Of a stretch of 64,000 nt of DNA, positions 26,561-40,770 are shown piece by piece. The notes below the pieces were generated by a model, which searched no databases, had not been told where the DNA came from, and was given only the letters and a program-made list of their open reading frames with translations. Each line of letters begins with the position of its first letter. Position 1 is the first letter of the stretch. The stretch is from Octopus vulgaris (taxonomy: Eukaryota): assembly GCA_951406725.2 (NCBI GenBank), contig OX597827.1, positions 58,032,001 to 58,096,000 of the forward strand. The letters are read 5' to 3'. The position numbers were made by a program, and so were the translations under genes.

Positions 26561-28714
26561 ACAAGAAGCACAACTATCACAGATTTTAAAAATGAATTAA
26601 ATGAAGAAAAATTACAAATTCAAAGACCTTTTATTAAGGGGTGGGTTAATTATTACAAGTTGAATGTCAAAGAGTTAAACTGGCCGTTTTTTTTTTCTAA
26701 ATATAAAATTTACATTGTCTCTTTTTGCTCTCCTTTGCTCTATCTCTGTCTCTCTTTCATCTGAACATATTGAAAAATATTATCTAACTTGCTTAATTTT
26801 TTTTTAAATATTTCATTTACTTTTTACTATTTACTACAATTTATTCAACTATTTTATTCGCGAGAAGCTTTATAAAAGAAATACAAAAAAATCGTTGTCA
26901 AGTCTGCGCTTTGTTTTATTTAAATTAATGTCTTTCTTTTGTAATTTATTTTGTAATTCAGTGTAACTAAATGTCTAAAAGCTGGTCTGGTCTGGTCTGG
27001 TCATCGGTCAGTCAGTCGGTCAATCTCTAGCAGTTCTTTATTATTATTACTATTATTATTATTATCATTATTATTGTAGTTGTTGTTTCCTTTTTTTCTC
27101 CCCCCCCCCCTTTTGGTTTGGTTTAGAAACGAGCGTCTGCATTTGACAGACGGAATGAAGAAACATTTTGAATTTTTCCAAAACTGGAAAACGATGTTGG
27201 TTGAGAGATTTCAGTGTTTAAGTGGTGCGCGCGAGCGTATAATAATGTGTGTGTGTGTGTATATATTTGTGTATGCATGTATGTATATTTGTATGTGTAT
27301 GTATATTTGTATATGTGTGTGTATATTTGTATATGTGTGTGTATATTTGTATATGTGTGTGAACCATGGCTTTTTATTTGAATCTGGTGTCGAGTAAGCT
27401 TAATGTGTTAATGTAAAAATTAGTATGTAACACACGTATGGATGCATGAGTTTGTCTTTCTTTCTTTCTCTCTCTCTCGGTCTCTCTTCCCCCCCAACTT
27501 AGTGATCCATTTATTTATACAACCAACCTTTCTCTGTCTATTGTATTTCCATTTAAGTACTAGCTTCTCTCCCCCCCACCTCCATTACACTCCCGATCGA
27601 ACAGAAAACCCTATCAGCAAAAAGGCGTTCCAGTCGTGACCATACTGTCTTTTTTTTGTCTTTGTTTTTTATTTCATGTAAATAATCTAGGACCAACCAC
27701 ATTGATCAATGTGGTGTTTCTTCGTTTATTCAAGGACAGTGGGTGAGCTGATTTGTAGGAACAATTTGGCTGCTATTTCTTGCTCGTCGATCGCCCCGCA
27801 TAGAGAGAAGAAGAAGCTCCCTTTCCTCAGTTCGTATTTTGCCATTCGATTCAACCATGTGTTGAGGGACCTATTTAAGTGGGCGACGTTGTACCGAACG
27901 GTTTTAAGATACACCACCGCCACTTTCATCATCACTACTACTTAAGCTAGCTGTCTGTCACTTAACACTTTATTTTTCACACTGTTGCCACCATCCGTCC
28001 ATCCATCCATCCATTCTTCCTTTATTTTATTTTTCGTTTATAATTTTCTTTTCCTCTTTATTCTCCAGTCTTTTTTCTACCACAACTTCCCCTTCTGTGC
28101 TTCTTCACCATCAACACCACCACGACCACCACCACCTAGCTCATTTCAATGCAACTTGCTTTATCACCATCACCTTTGTGTATTTTTCCACACACTTCTC
28201 TACTCTACTCTATCTTCTACGTATTCTTTTCCCCCCTCCGTCCCATCACCGTGCTTGTTCTGTCTGTTACCGCGCTTGTCCCCTTCATCTCCATCTTTAC
28301 CGTCGCCACTTGCCAAAATACCATTCTCTCCTTCTCTCTTTCTCTCTCTCTCCTCAACACTTATTTTTTTTGCAATATCATTTGTCGCTTTATTCCTATG
28401 CTAGTTTCAATTGATTTCTCGCTCTTTTTTCCTTTTTTTCCCCCCCATCAACCACCACCACCACCACACTACCATTACTTCAATCTATCATTTGACGTTC
28501 TTTCCTTTCCTTGCCGTCACCTGATTCTTCTTTTTTTCCCTTCTCTCTCCCCAGTTTTCCAGTTTCAATTGATTCCTCCTCTACCAACACACTACAACAC
28601 ACTTCTCGCGCTTTCCTTGTCCATTACACCCCTCTTTTACCAATCTTTCCATTCACCATCACCGACATCACTACCAACTAGGCTCCTCTACAAGACTAAC
28701 CAACTCTAAGTGAG

Positions 28715-28890
28715 CTCTCGACTCGCTAGAAATAACAGCCAAATCTTCCTCCAACCGCGTCTTACCGCCATAAATAAAACGACAGAGACAATGTAGTCAT
28801 AGTTATGAAAATAAGACTGAATGGTCACGATTAGAACGCCTTCTGTAATAAGTCTGATCGATCAGGGTTGATTTGAAGTTAAACAACTGC
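28715..28890 (+). mobile_element. SINE-like 3' fragment, family D
   Basis: GCTAGAAATAACAGCCAAAT...GATCAGGGTTGA...AAACAAC. Related pieces lie at about 2495-2640, 5850-5960, 37350-37405, and reversed at about 27760. Confidence 0.55.
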
Positions 28891-29289
28891 AAACTGCAGA
28901 CGATTTTTCCTCTTCCAACCAGATTGCTTTATTCTCCTGAAACTTCACTCCTGACTCCCTGCTTGTTCCCTACTCTCCGCTTCATTCATAAGAAACTCTT
29001 TCACAACCGATTAAGTTTACTTATTGGTCGTTGGCGGCGGCGAAAGGTGTTGCAGATGTGCTAAAATATCTGCTGTAGACATTTCTTATTATAGACCCCT
29101 CTCTCTCTCTTATAATAAAAGAATTACATCCAAATTGTCTGTCCAGAAGCCCCATGGCTTCTAATACTGTCTCCATGTCTGATATTTCTAAAAGAAGCAA
29201 TTATTGCTAAAGCCGTTTTATTCAACAGAAAACTCTTTGTATCCCTTCATTTCCTTTTTTTCCCATTGATAAATATCAACACCCATTGC

Positions 29290-29332
<43 letters not shown>

Positions 29333-32111
29333 TGATTGATTCCAGTTATATGAGCTGTGCCATGCTGGGCACCGCTTATATATATATATACATATAGATG
29401 AGATTTAAAAGAAAATAAATTGTATAAAATTTAACGGGTTTTTTTTTTCCAAATTGGAAATATTCGTGTTCACGACTTGTTTCGTGACTTCGAGAAAGGC
29501 ATGAATGTCACAAATTCCCATGTGTTTCTCTCAATAAATCTGAAGCTTTATGTCTATATAAGGTATTGATATTTTTACTAAATTCCTTTTTATAATTTTC
29601 TCTTTCTCTCTCTTTCCGGACCATCACACCTAAATAAACTGGTATATTTTATCATCTTTTGTTTGACTGAACCAAAGCTTGATTCTTGAGTAAATTTAAT
29701 AATAATAATAATTATTATTATTATTATTTGGTAATTTATTATTGGGGCTGATTTCATCGATCCATACCTCTCCTCAACCTTCGCCAAATTTCTGAATTTG
29801 TCTGCTAAGAGATTCAGTGTTGTATATATTATGAAAGCACTGAAATATAATTTCTTGGTTAAGTAATATGCGCTTGTCCATTCTGCCTTTTGACCATATT
29901 GCCTGGTCTCTCTCTTATCAGTGAAAATATTTTTCATTGTCTCCCATGTTGCTTCATGAAGAGAATAAATCAGTAATCATTTTGATTACAAATAATTTAA
30001 CTCGAAATTCTTAACCCAGTTGTCTGCTTTTGGTGGTGGTGGTAATGGGGGTATTTTGTTTTGTTTTTTTTTCTTTTTCGGGTCAAACGTTTCTCTAGAC
30101 TTTCTAAATTCTCTTTGTTATTGCATGATCTTATTTAATTACATATATAACAATTATATATAAACTCATGTTTTTATATGATAATAATAATAATAATAAT
30201 AATGTGCAGTTCATAGAATTTATAAAAATATGAACATTTTTTTTTTGTTTTTAGTTTCTTTCTCTTTCCCCTAAAACTTAATATTGATTTTTAACAAAGG
30301 TGTTTTTGTTTTTTGTTATAAAATATAAATTAAGTTTTTGCCTTAATTTCTCCTCACATTTTTTACTTTGCGAGCTTAAAGTTTCATTTATAAGGTATAT
30401 TAGGTCAATCTCAATTCCTTTTGGAATCGTTTAAAAGAGAATGTTCTTATCTAACGGTTTTTTTTTTTAACTTTCTGACAGCATAAACCTCTTTATCTTC
30501 TTCTAAGTGATTGAATGAGAACATTTTTTTTTTTCTTCTTTTTGTAAAAGGAAATATATTTTATCAGTATCAAGAGAATGATAGTATTGCTTCGTTTTTC
30601 CATTCTTTTTTTATTTACTTTTTCTAATTTCCTTTATCAGCAAAGGAAATCTATTTTAGAAATCTCGAGTTTAGTTGAAATAATTTATTCTGACAAATCT
30701 GTTGTTATCCTAATTATATTTCTCCAGTTATGAAATTATAACACACCCCTCCTCTTTCTTTTCCAACCTAATTTACTCAACAGAAGCAAATAGTTTTTGT
30801 TACTATTGTTAGAAATACAATTTTGTTTTTTAATATACATATTAGTCTAATATCGGTTGGGCTTCTTTTATCTTAGAGATATTTTTATTTCACTTTATCT
30901 GTTCCTATACATGCATACACACATGCACATATGCGTATATATTCATAGATTCATACGTACGTACACACATAGACATGCATACATACACAAATATATATTT
31001 ATATATATGTATGTATGTATAAAGAAGTGCTAACGTGCTTGCTTAATGGATAATCTTTTCTTGCGTAAGATTCGAATAAAGTAATTTCATGGGCTTGGGG
31101 AATCTGGTTAAACGAAGCGGTAGCTGATAGTTTAAGAATCAACTTTTCTTTTTTTTTTGCTTCTTCCTTTTTCCTTTATCTCGCTTCCAATTAGGAAGAA
31201 GCGAACGAAAATGTGTGCACACTTGTGTGTGCATAATGTTTTATGGAACAGTTGGGTCGCCAATCAGAATCTTTTCCTATCGACACACCTACTGAACTGG
31301 GTTGCTGCTGCACTGGCTGATTGCTTGTAACCCATTTATTTACACGCTTGTCTATATCTTATTTCTTTCATGAAAACCCCCACCCACCCCGCTTCTCCGC
31401 TCTACCCCGTCGTGTTCCTATACGCTAAACAATGTCCAGTGGATTTTGTAGTCCAGAACATAGGCCGAGTATATTAAAAACGAAGTGCCGTTGTATCAAT
31501 GTGTGAATGTGTGTGAGAGAGAGAGGTTAGAAAATGAAATAATAATGGAAAAGTTCTTACTTCATTAAAAATGAAGTGCTGTAGGTTTGTGCGAATAAGT
31601 ATTATATCTCAGAAAGTTAATTGTTACTTATAACAGTTAAAAAGTATTTAAGGTTCTTCGGACGTTTTGCCGAGTGAGAGTTTTTTTGGGGGGTTTTTTG
31701 CTGATGCTGGTGTTTAAAACCTATTTCACTATTCGTTTATTTTTGTATATTGATAACCACTGTAGCCATAGTTTTCATGATGCTTATGTAGCTGAGACAA
31801 CTGCATTTTAGGTATTAAATTTATATAACCTTTGTTTCCATTCCTGAGTTTAAACTCTTGTGTTGCTAGAATTTTTTTCTCCGCCTCTAAATCTCTTGTC
31901 CTTCACTTCCCCCTTAAATTTCTTTACCCCTCCCATAGTTTTATGAATTTAGAGCACATTTATTTAATATTGTTGCATATTATATTCTTCTCAAACCTCT
32001 ATAACAGATTTTTCCAGAAACTGGTTATACTAGCAGTTAAATTATCAAAATCGCAGAAATATTCAGTAACTTGATTTTTCATTAAAATATTGAAAATTAC
32101 GTGTGTGTGTG

Positions 32112-32143
<32 letters not shown>

Positions 32144-34871
32144 TGATGTGTTATGAGTTTATGGAAAGAAATCCCATAAAACTCAACAATTTTGTTAAAA
32201 ATGGAGAAAAGATGTGTTAAAATATATAAGAATTTTATACATACATATATATCTTTATCTATCTATATATATACACCTAGTAGGAAAGATTTATGTAAAC
32301 TGGTATTTTTTTTCCTTGGTCGTGCAACATTGTGTACAGAATTTAAAATTTCAGTTTTGATATTAAGAAATTGATACGATCCTTTACATTTCCTCTTTCA
32401 AAAACAAAACTTGTTTTATGATATAATCCCGTTTTATTTTTCAATTCGATCTCCCTTTTTTTTTTTTAAATTAAAATATATATATAAAAAAAAAGAAAAG
32501 AAAAGAGACAGTGAGGGAAAAAATATGCATTAAATCTAAACCTGAAACGATACTGGTATATATGAGTAGTTCAGTTGAACTGTGAACATTCTAAAATTTC
32601 ATATGTTAAGACACGTTTAGATTTAGAAAACCTAATTGATTCATGCTTTGAACTAAATCATCCAAAGGTGAAAAAAATCGATACCTTTATGCATTTGTTC
32701 CTCTGCTGTATCATGAAATTCTGGCTTGATGTACAAGATGTTCTAAAATTAATGCTATATTTTCTATATAGAATTACTGTACATTTAGAATATAAATTTT
32801 TTTGTTTTATAAACCATTTTTTTTTTTTCTGACAAATTTATTTTTACTTCACACCTCTTCAGCTTCAGAAAAAAAAAGTTTTATTCACTAAAACACTATC
32901 ACAAATATTGTTGTTTATATTATTAGTGGCTGCTATTGAAAATGTATTTGTGAAGAGTTTCTGCATAATGTATGCCTGTTTGTGTTTCATATACTAATTT
33001 ATTGTTAAATTATTAATTTTATACACATTGAGAGAAGGGATGAAGTAACAGGATTATGTATGAAAGTTATTATCTTTTTAAATATACATTTCTTTTTGTC
33101 CTTGGATAAAAACTAAAGATAAATTTTATCAGAACTGTATTACTACTATCAATAATTGTTTCATTGTGTATCAAAATCAAACTATCACCGTTGCTAAAAT
33201 TGTTGATCTAGCATGTAGGTTAACTTTCTATTGCCATATAAAATTTTACATTAAGTCAGCCTTGTCTTCCTTCTTCTGGGAAGAAAAATTGCTGAAGTAC
33301 TTACTGTCTATAACATCCCTACCAGGTGATACCAGGCTGACTTGTACCTTTTTTTAAAAACATTTGACTGACACTGTAGTAGCTTCCTGGCAGTATTAGA
33401 TCTTTATTTAGTACACTAACTATATTGATAAAAGAGATCAAACCAAGAGGAATCGCGTACATATTAGTTGTTAAAATCTGTGTTTCATTCATTCAGCTTT
33501 ATTTAAATTTTGATTGCAACAACAAAATAAAATTTATAAAAAAAAGAAACAATTTTGCGAAAGACTATCCGATATTTTAACCAACATAGATAAAATGCAA
33601 AAGTTGGTCAACTAGCCTTTTGTTGTCTCTAAAACACGATAACTGTTACTGATAGTTTAGCCTAAGAGATCAAACATACTACAATAGACTGCATAAATTA
33701 TCTCTGAAATTGAAGTTGATGGAAGGGGTGGGGGGCGCGCGGAATGTTCTAGCAGCAACAATGTGAATTCTTTAGCTTAGATAATTTGATCAATATTTAA
33801 AGAAATTGCTCACCAAGTTTTCTTTTTCGCTCTCTTTTTTTCCGTATTTTTTTTTTTTCGAGCTTTTATAGCAAATGTTGGAAGTATGTTTTGTGTTTAT
33901 TAACAATATATTCAGAAGAGAATATCGTATAGAAATTTAACTAACATTTGATATAACTAATCCGAAGAGCTTGACAAATCTCTCACGTGTTAAGTAAGAG
34001 ATTGTATTAAAAGTTTAACTTTTACTATAACCTTAATGCGATATAATTGAAAATAGTAATAATAATGATTGCATATTAGATTATTTTACTTGAGGAATCA
34101 TTTGCAATAAATTTATTCAAATCTTTACATAATTGGGTAATTTTTAAAACATTTTTATTTGTAGAATGGATTTAGCTAAGTGGTTTGTTAGCTGTTTAAA
34201 TGTGAATTTAAAAAATGCCATATTCGCAAAAAAAAAAAGGAATTTAAAAAAGAAACAAATATAATTGACAGACTTCTAAATCTAATTGCGATCGTTAGCA
34301 GATAAATTGCAACTTACAAAAAAAAGAAATTGATTTACATTAGTAATAGTAATAATAGTTTGGCACGCGTGCGCGTGCACGCACGCGCGTGCACACAAAC
34401 TCTGAAAGCACGCATTGTGACACGCGTACAAGCTTATACAGAAATATACGCGGGTACGAGCAAAAAAAGACATAAAGCAATTTATTTCAAAATAGAAAAA
34501 TCTTAATATATTCATGAAAGATTGTATTTGCCAATCTTGTCATTCTGTACTACTGCGCGCTACTAAACTCTAAAGTCTTAAAACTGCTTGCTGCTATTAT
34601 TATTATTATTGCTACTACTATTCGCCAGCGTTACTACAGTTGCTATAATGCCAACGTCATTGAAACTACTACGGAATACCATTATTACCATTCCTCCTTT
34701 ATTATAACTGACAGAAGCTACTACAAAACTATACTATAAATCCCACCTCCTCGAAAAAAACAGAAGGAAAAAAAATTATGGTTTTCTTTCAGCAGATTTT
34801 TAAAAATTTATTTTATATAATTTATGTATTGAAATCAGAAAACTAAAAACTCAGTAATATTGTTTTTGTAT

Positions 34872-34916
<45 letters not shown>

Positions 34917-37771
34917 CACACACACACATATACAGAGAGAGAGAGATTAGTTGTGAATTTTGAACCCCACTTGTGTGTGCTTGTGTCTGTAACAGATTTG
35001 CCGAGTTGCTACCAAAAATGGCATAAAAATAAGTCGATTATTATTATTTTGTCGTCAGATATAAAATTCACAACAAATAAGACAAAATCATAATTAACAT
35101 CTTACGATTAATTTTAACAAGTGGTATTGATAATGATGACGTTACACTTCAAATGACATATCGAATAGTTTATGCTAGCTATTTTGGTACATACACACCA
35201 CATCAAACTGTCTCAAGCTTATTCAACTGGTTGAGGTCATTGACTTCTACGAGTTCTCGATATTTTTCTGCGATAAGAATATGATTTCGCTTGCTAGTTA
35301 GTTGTGGTAGTAGTAGTAGTAATAGTCATTTGCATATATCTGTACAATAAAAATTAAGAATTTTAGATAAAGATAACATTTTTTTTTTAAATGATAATTT
35401 TGATTGTGGCAATTATGAATTAAATTTAAATATATGCATTTTTAAGTTGGCTGGCTTCATTTGTATTTTCTAAAGGGATTATATAATTTTCATTCTAACA
35501 ATTTTTATTATCGATTTTTATTCAGTATTCTAATAAATTTACTGAAATTATAAAATATAAAATGTTATGTAATAAGCTACTAATCTGATTTTTTTTTTTT
35601 TTTTACTTTTAAACATGAATAATTTGTACCTATACGTCTCGTGTGTGTGTGTGTGTGTATTTTGATACCTATGATGGGCATATTGGGGAGTACCATATAT
35701 TTTCAAAGAAACTATTATTAATTGGAGGGTTTAATTATGATGAAATATGTTTATATTTGTAATTTGATAGTTAACGAAAATTTTAAATATTATTCTTTAG
35801 TCTTTTTATTACAAAAGCAAAATATTAAATTCCACTTCAGAAAATGTAATTGTAATAATATTATATATTATAAATTTCTCAGAAATTAAAATGACGTTTC
35901 CCTGAAATTAATATTCTTACATATGTTTATACTTCTTTGTTCCTTGGCAGTTGACAGAAATTTTCATTTTTAATTTTCTAAAATCATTGTAGCTAGTTTT
36001 TTTCTTTTTTTTTTTTCTGCATTTCTCAAGTCAGAATTTATTCTTTTCATTCAGTAATTATTCATAACTATTTAGCTACTGCAGTTTTAATCTTTACCCT
36101 TTTGTTTCAACATTGTTAGCAGCAGACACTTTCATTTAAGAAGCTAAGAATTTGGAAAAGGAAGCTTATTTAATTATATTTTTGAAAATTTTTGCAAACT
36201 GTTAATTCTAATTCAAATGTCACTTTATCAAGCTTCTATTTAATCATAATAGAATGTTTTATTTGAAGATGTCAAATTTTATTTTGTTTGCTTGTTTTTT
36301 TAGGCAATTCAATATGCATTTCAATATTATTTCTTTGATCTATAAGCTATTCGTAGTCGTCCAGCTGGTTTCCTATGATGCCATTAAGTTTAAGTTAAAT
36401 ATTCAAACTTGCTATATAATGTCATCTATTATGAGTCTAGAATTCCTAAAGTCTGGTTTTAATTCCCTTGTCAGTTAGATTCAGACTTTTTGGTATAGTG
36501 TTTAGAGTGACTATTAGCATCTAATTTTTCTCTCCAAAAACATTTGCCTTGTTTTCTATATAAAGGAAATATCATTATGTCAAGAATTCCTTTCTTTTTC
36601 ATAATTTAAAAAAATTTTTATTCTAAAGTAGTTTAATTTTTGAATAAACATTTACTTAATTTTATCAAAACAAACCCAGAATTAGCAGCTACATCTGATG
36701 ATTGAAAGAGAAAGATACCTTGGAAAATGTGAACTATAATATTCAAAAGATTGTGATAGATATGGCTGTTTACTTTGTGACAACATGGTTTTGGCATCTC
36801 TCCTGTGTTGGCACCTTGGCCAAATAATTTCTACTGGAGCTTTGGGACGTGGAATGGGGTAAACAGAACCTGTATAGCCTCTGGTCACATGTGTGTATGT
36901 ATGTATGTATATATGATGTTATTGACTTAAACTTTTAGTACAGGCATTGCTGACAGTCATTGGTTTTAATATCTAGGATATTATAATTTGTCAGTGATGG
37001 TCATACTAGCCTACAAGTTGACAGCCATCATGTATGTCAGTCTGTCTGTATGTATCCTCACATAATAAGCTACTACACAGCATTGTGTGTGTATGCATGA
37101 ATATTGATGTTCTCCAAGTCCATCTCACCATAATCGTGATGTTATGTTTACATTCACTGTCAACATTCTGTAGCTCTGTGCTTTCAAAAACTAGTGGAAT
37201 AAAAAATAATACCTTACTTGAAAAACAAGGGTTGACTACAAGAAGGATATCCAACCTTAAAATGCTACCTCAGATTAGTTTCTGTCCAACCCATAATAGC
37301 ATGGAAAAATTGGACATAAAATGGATGAAAGAATGAACAAGATGATCATAGCCCAAATGCTTTTGATCATGGGCTGCTCAATCAGTTGACCTGAAGCTCA
37401 ACAACAAAAAGAAATAAAAAAAACTGCCTGTTGTAAAACTGCCATATTTGATCTTTTAGATATGAGCATTAAAATTATGGGTTAATCTGTTCTTAACTGG
37501 TAATACAAACAAAGAAAACTCTAGCTTTTATTTGATAATCTGCCAGTTTCTGTTTCATATCATTGTTCTTTTGTGATCTATTTTGTTTTTGTTGGTGTAT
37601 CTCTAACCCCCAAACTGCTCTCTCCGAAAAGAATTTATACTTACTGTTATCACTATCTTTTGTTTGAACACAAAGATAGGTTTCTGAGAGATTAGCTATA
37701 GTATCATCATTGCCCTCATCACACTTCTGTTTTTTCATGCTAGCATGGATTGGATAAAATGTCACAGTCTA

Positions 37772-38797
37772 ATCTGAAATTATTACCCATGTAGACATGT
37801 AACCTGTAATATGGTTTGTGTCTCACTCTTATGTCCCATTTTGGAGTCAACTAAATAAATCTAGTTAATGCCTAGTATTTATTTCATTGATTACAAAGCC
37901 AACATATGATGCACTTGTGTTTGGCAATTTCCAGAGACATTTTATCTTTTATTGATAATCATTTTTCTTGAAGAAGGAACATAAAGTTTAAAGACGATAC
38001 TATCATCTTGCACACAGCAACAAAGAAAACTGACTAGTTTCAGTGGTGTTTATGTCTTACATTGAAGACTAAATACTCATTAACATGTTACTAGCACTAA
38101 GGAAGTATTTCAATGCAGAAAAACTGAAGAGTCTTTACCATTTATCAGTTTTTAATTCAGAGATATTACTCTCCTTGATGGATAGATTGTGATGCAGCTT
38201 ATGTAATCCACACCTAACATGTTTGTTCTTTTTTTTTTTTTTGCATGTTTTCTATGGCTGGATGATCTATCTATCACCAACCACTTTAATAAGTGAATTG
38301 TTTTTTGTACCAACAACACTATAGAAGTTGTTCTTTGCAAGAAGAATAAAAAGAAAATCTACCTATCAGTTCTTATTTGGGTTTTTCTACCCTTCTAGAT
38401 AGTTTTTAGAGTTCATGTTTTGCATGTTCCATTTTTTCTTTTTTTCCATGGTTTCTATAGTTTGGTGACCTTTCTATTCCCAACCATTTTACATAGTTAT
38501 ACTACATACCACTAGTACAGAGAAGCTGTCCTGTATGTGGAAAGCTGAAGAGTTCCCATTATTCTGTGTCAGTTCTTATCTGAAATTATTACCCATGTAG
38601 ACATGTAACCTGTAATATGGTTTGTGTCTCACTCTTATGTCCCATTTTGGAGTCAACTAAATAAATCTAGTTAATGGCTAGTATTTATTTCATTGGTTAC
38701 AAAGCCAACATATGATGCACTTGTGTTCGGCAATTTCCAGAGACATTTTATCTTTTATTGATAATCATTTTTCTTGAGGAAGGAACATAAAATTTAA
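37772..38797 (+). repeat. ~220-bp near-identical direct duplication (37772-37991 and 38578-38797)
   Basis: Both copies run ATCTGAAATTATTACCCATGTAGAC...GAAGGAACATAAA with only a few differences. Confidence 0.95.
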
Positions 38798-39994
38798 TTA
38801 GAATTTCATCTAGTATTGACTTTTATCATCATACTTGTACAGTTTCCCTATGATATATAAGTTGAATAAAAATTTTGTGAAGTTACTAATATGATAGTGT
38901 AATAAAGTATACTGCATTTGTCAGTTCTACGATACAACAATATAATTTGATAACTATTCGCTTTGTTGTTGACACAACTATTTTATTGTTTGGATAAAAT
39001 GTATTCAGTGCTAATGCTTCAATAATTTCATTTGAAACAGAATATCACATAAAGCTGAAGCAGGTTGTACATACATACCATTGCTGCTTGTGACAAAATT
39101 AATTCTATTTGCTGTTTAGTAATGCCAGAAATAACTGCTTAATATTTTGGAAATTTTTGTAGTAAGAAGGCATTTTCTTTGTACAAATTTTCCTATTTCA
39201 TTAATAGACACCATAATCAGTTGTGAATAATTATCTTTCTTGAAAATTTTATAGTGGTTAATAAAGATCTTTGTCTGATTTCTTTTTTTCTTTCTCATTT
39301 TTTTTAACAAAGAAATTCGTTTTCTGGTGTACTTCCCAGACTTCGTTTATGTGGCTTTTTTAAAGTATCCTAAAAGCTAACTGATTAATGGCAGATCATT
39401 TCATTGACATTCAAACCATAATGACTGACCAACTCTATAACATTTCAAGAGGAGTGTTCTGCAGCTGCTTTGACATTTTTAGAAACATTAGTTCCAGTTT
39501 TGCTAGGGAACTTAATATTACAAAAAGAACAAATAGTTATAAATCACTGTGACCTTTGAGAAGCTCCTTTCAATTATCCACCTGTATTATTTTAAATATA
39601 TGCTTTATTCTTCCTTTTTACTTCAGGCTACTGTTTTATTCTCATCACCAAACTAGTTTTCTCAATGTTTAGATCAGCTAAATTACTAATTTGTTGGAAC
39701 CAGATTGTTTCTAGAACCACAGATAGTCTAGATAGTCTGCTATTATTCATTTAATGTCAGTATTTTTATTTTATCAGAAAGAATAACAGTGATATTGGAT
39801 TTCAATTCTGACCCATTAAAATATGGAAATCTTTTTAGTTTCATTATCTTGCAGCCCCCCCCCAATCTCGTATATGATCTTTAATTCATTTTAGTTCCTT
39901 TAATTTAAAGTATAGATTTATTAATATTTATACTGTATAGCAATTTGGAAGAAAACAAGAAAAATGGATAAGGACTACTTATCTATTGGTAGTG

Positions 39995-40560
39995 TGTCGA
40001 AATGTTCCTAGTCAGAATAATTTTTATTTTGCATTGCCACACACAAATCACCTACATGTCGAGAGTAAGTATTAGATTATTTTAGAATGCAAAATGGACT
40101 CGTCCTCTCCAGGAGAATGTTTGCATCATGTAACTGAAGACCTACTTATAATGGCAATACCGGAGACAAGTTAAATGTAAGAGTTACTGTGCTTGGTTTA
40201 GCTCATTACATTGCATTCTTGGTTGGGTTGGCTTTCTTTCATTCTACTCTAATATGGGAATAAGGCGATGAGCTGTCAAAATGTTCCTAGTCAGAATAAT
40301 TTTTATTTTGCATTGCCACACACAAATCACCTACATGTCGAGAGTAAGTATTAGATTATTTTAGAATGCAAAATGGACTCATATCCTCTCCAGGAGAATG
40401 TTTGCATCATGTAACTGAAGACCTACTTACAATGGCAATACCGGAGACAAGTTAAATGTAAGAGTTACTGTGCTTGGTTTAGCTCATTACATTGCATTCA
40501 ACTTTTGGTTGGGTTGGCTTTCTTTCATTCTACTCTAATATGGGAATAAGGCGATAAGCT
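39995..40560 (+). repeat. ~280-bp tandem duplication
   Basis: AATGTTCCTAGTCAGAATAAT...GGGAATAAGGCGAT occurs twice head-to-tail. Confidence 0.95.
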
Positions 40561-40770
40561 GGCAGAATTGTTAGCATGCTGGGCAAAATGCTTAGTGGAG
40601 TTTTGTCCGTCTTTATGTTTGTTCTGAGTTTAAATTCTGCTGAGGTCGACTTTGCCTTTCATCCTTTCAGGGTTGATGAAATAAGTACCAGTTGAGCACT
40701 GGGGTTGATGTAATCAACTTACTCCTCCCCCAAAATTCCTGGCCTTGTACCAAAATTTGAAACCAGTATT
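40548..40770 (+). mobile_element. SINE family B, full length
   Basis: GCTGGCAGAATTGTTAGC head, GAGTTTAAATTC B-box-like motif, central GAGGTCGACTTTGCCTTTCATCCTTTCAGGGTTGATGAAATAAGTACCAG. Copies also at 52305-52505 (-) and 54390-54570 (+). Confidence 0.85.

Noticed and set aside
27709-27945. Overlapping ORFs in a GC-balanced block, considered as an exon or conserved element
   Set aside because: TTTGGCTGCTATTTCT is the reverse of the family D repeat motif, and I see no protein similarity.
27985-28709. Long ORFs (105-186 aa) in several frames
   Set aside because: Pyrimidine-rich low-complexity DNA that lacks stop codons by composition.
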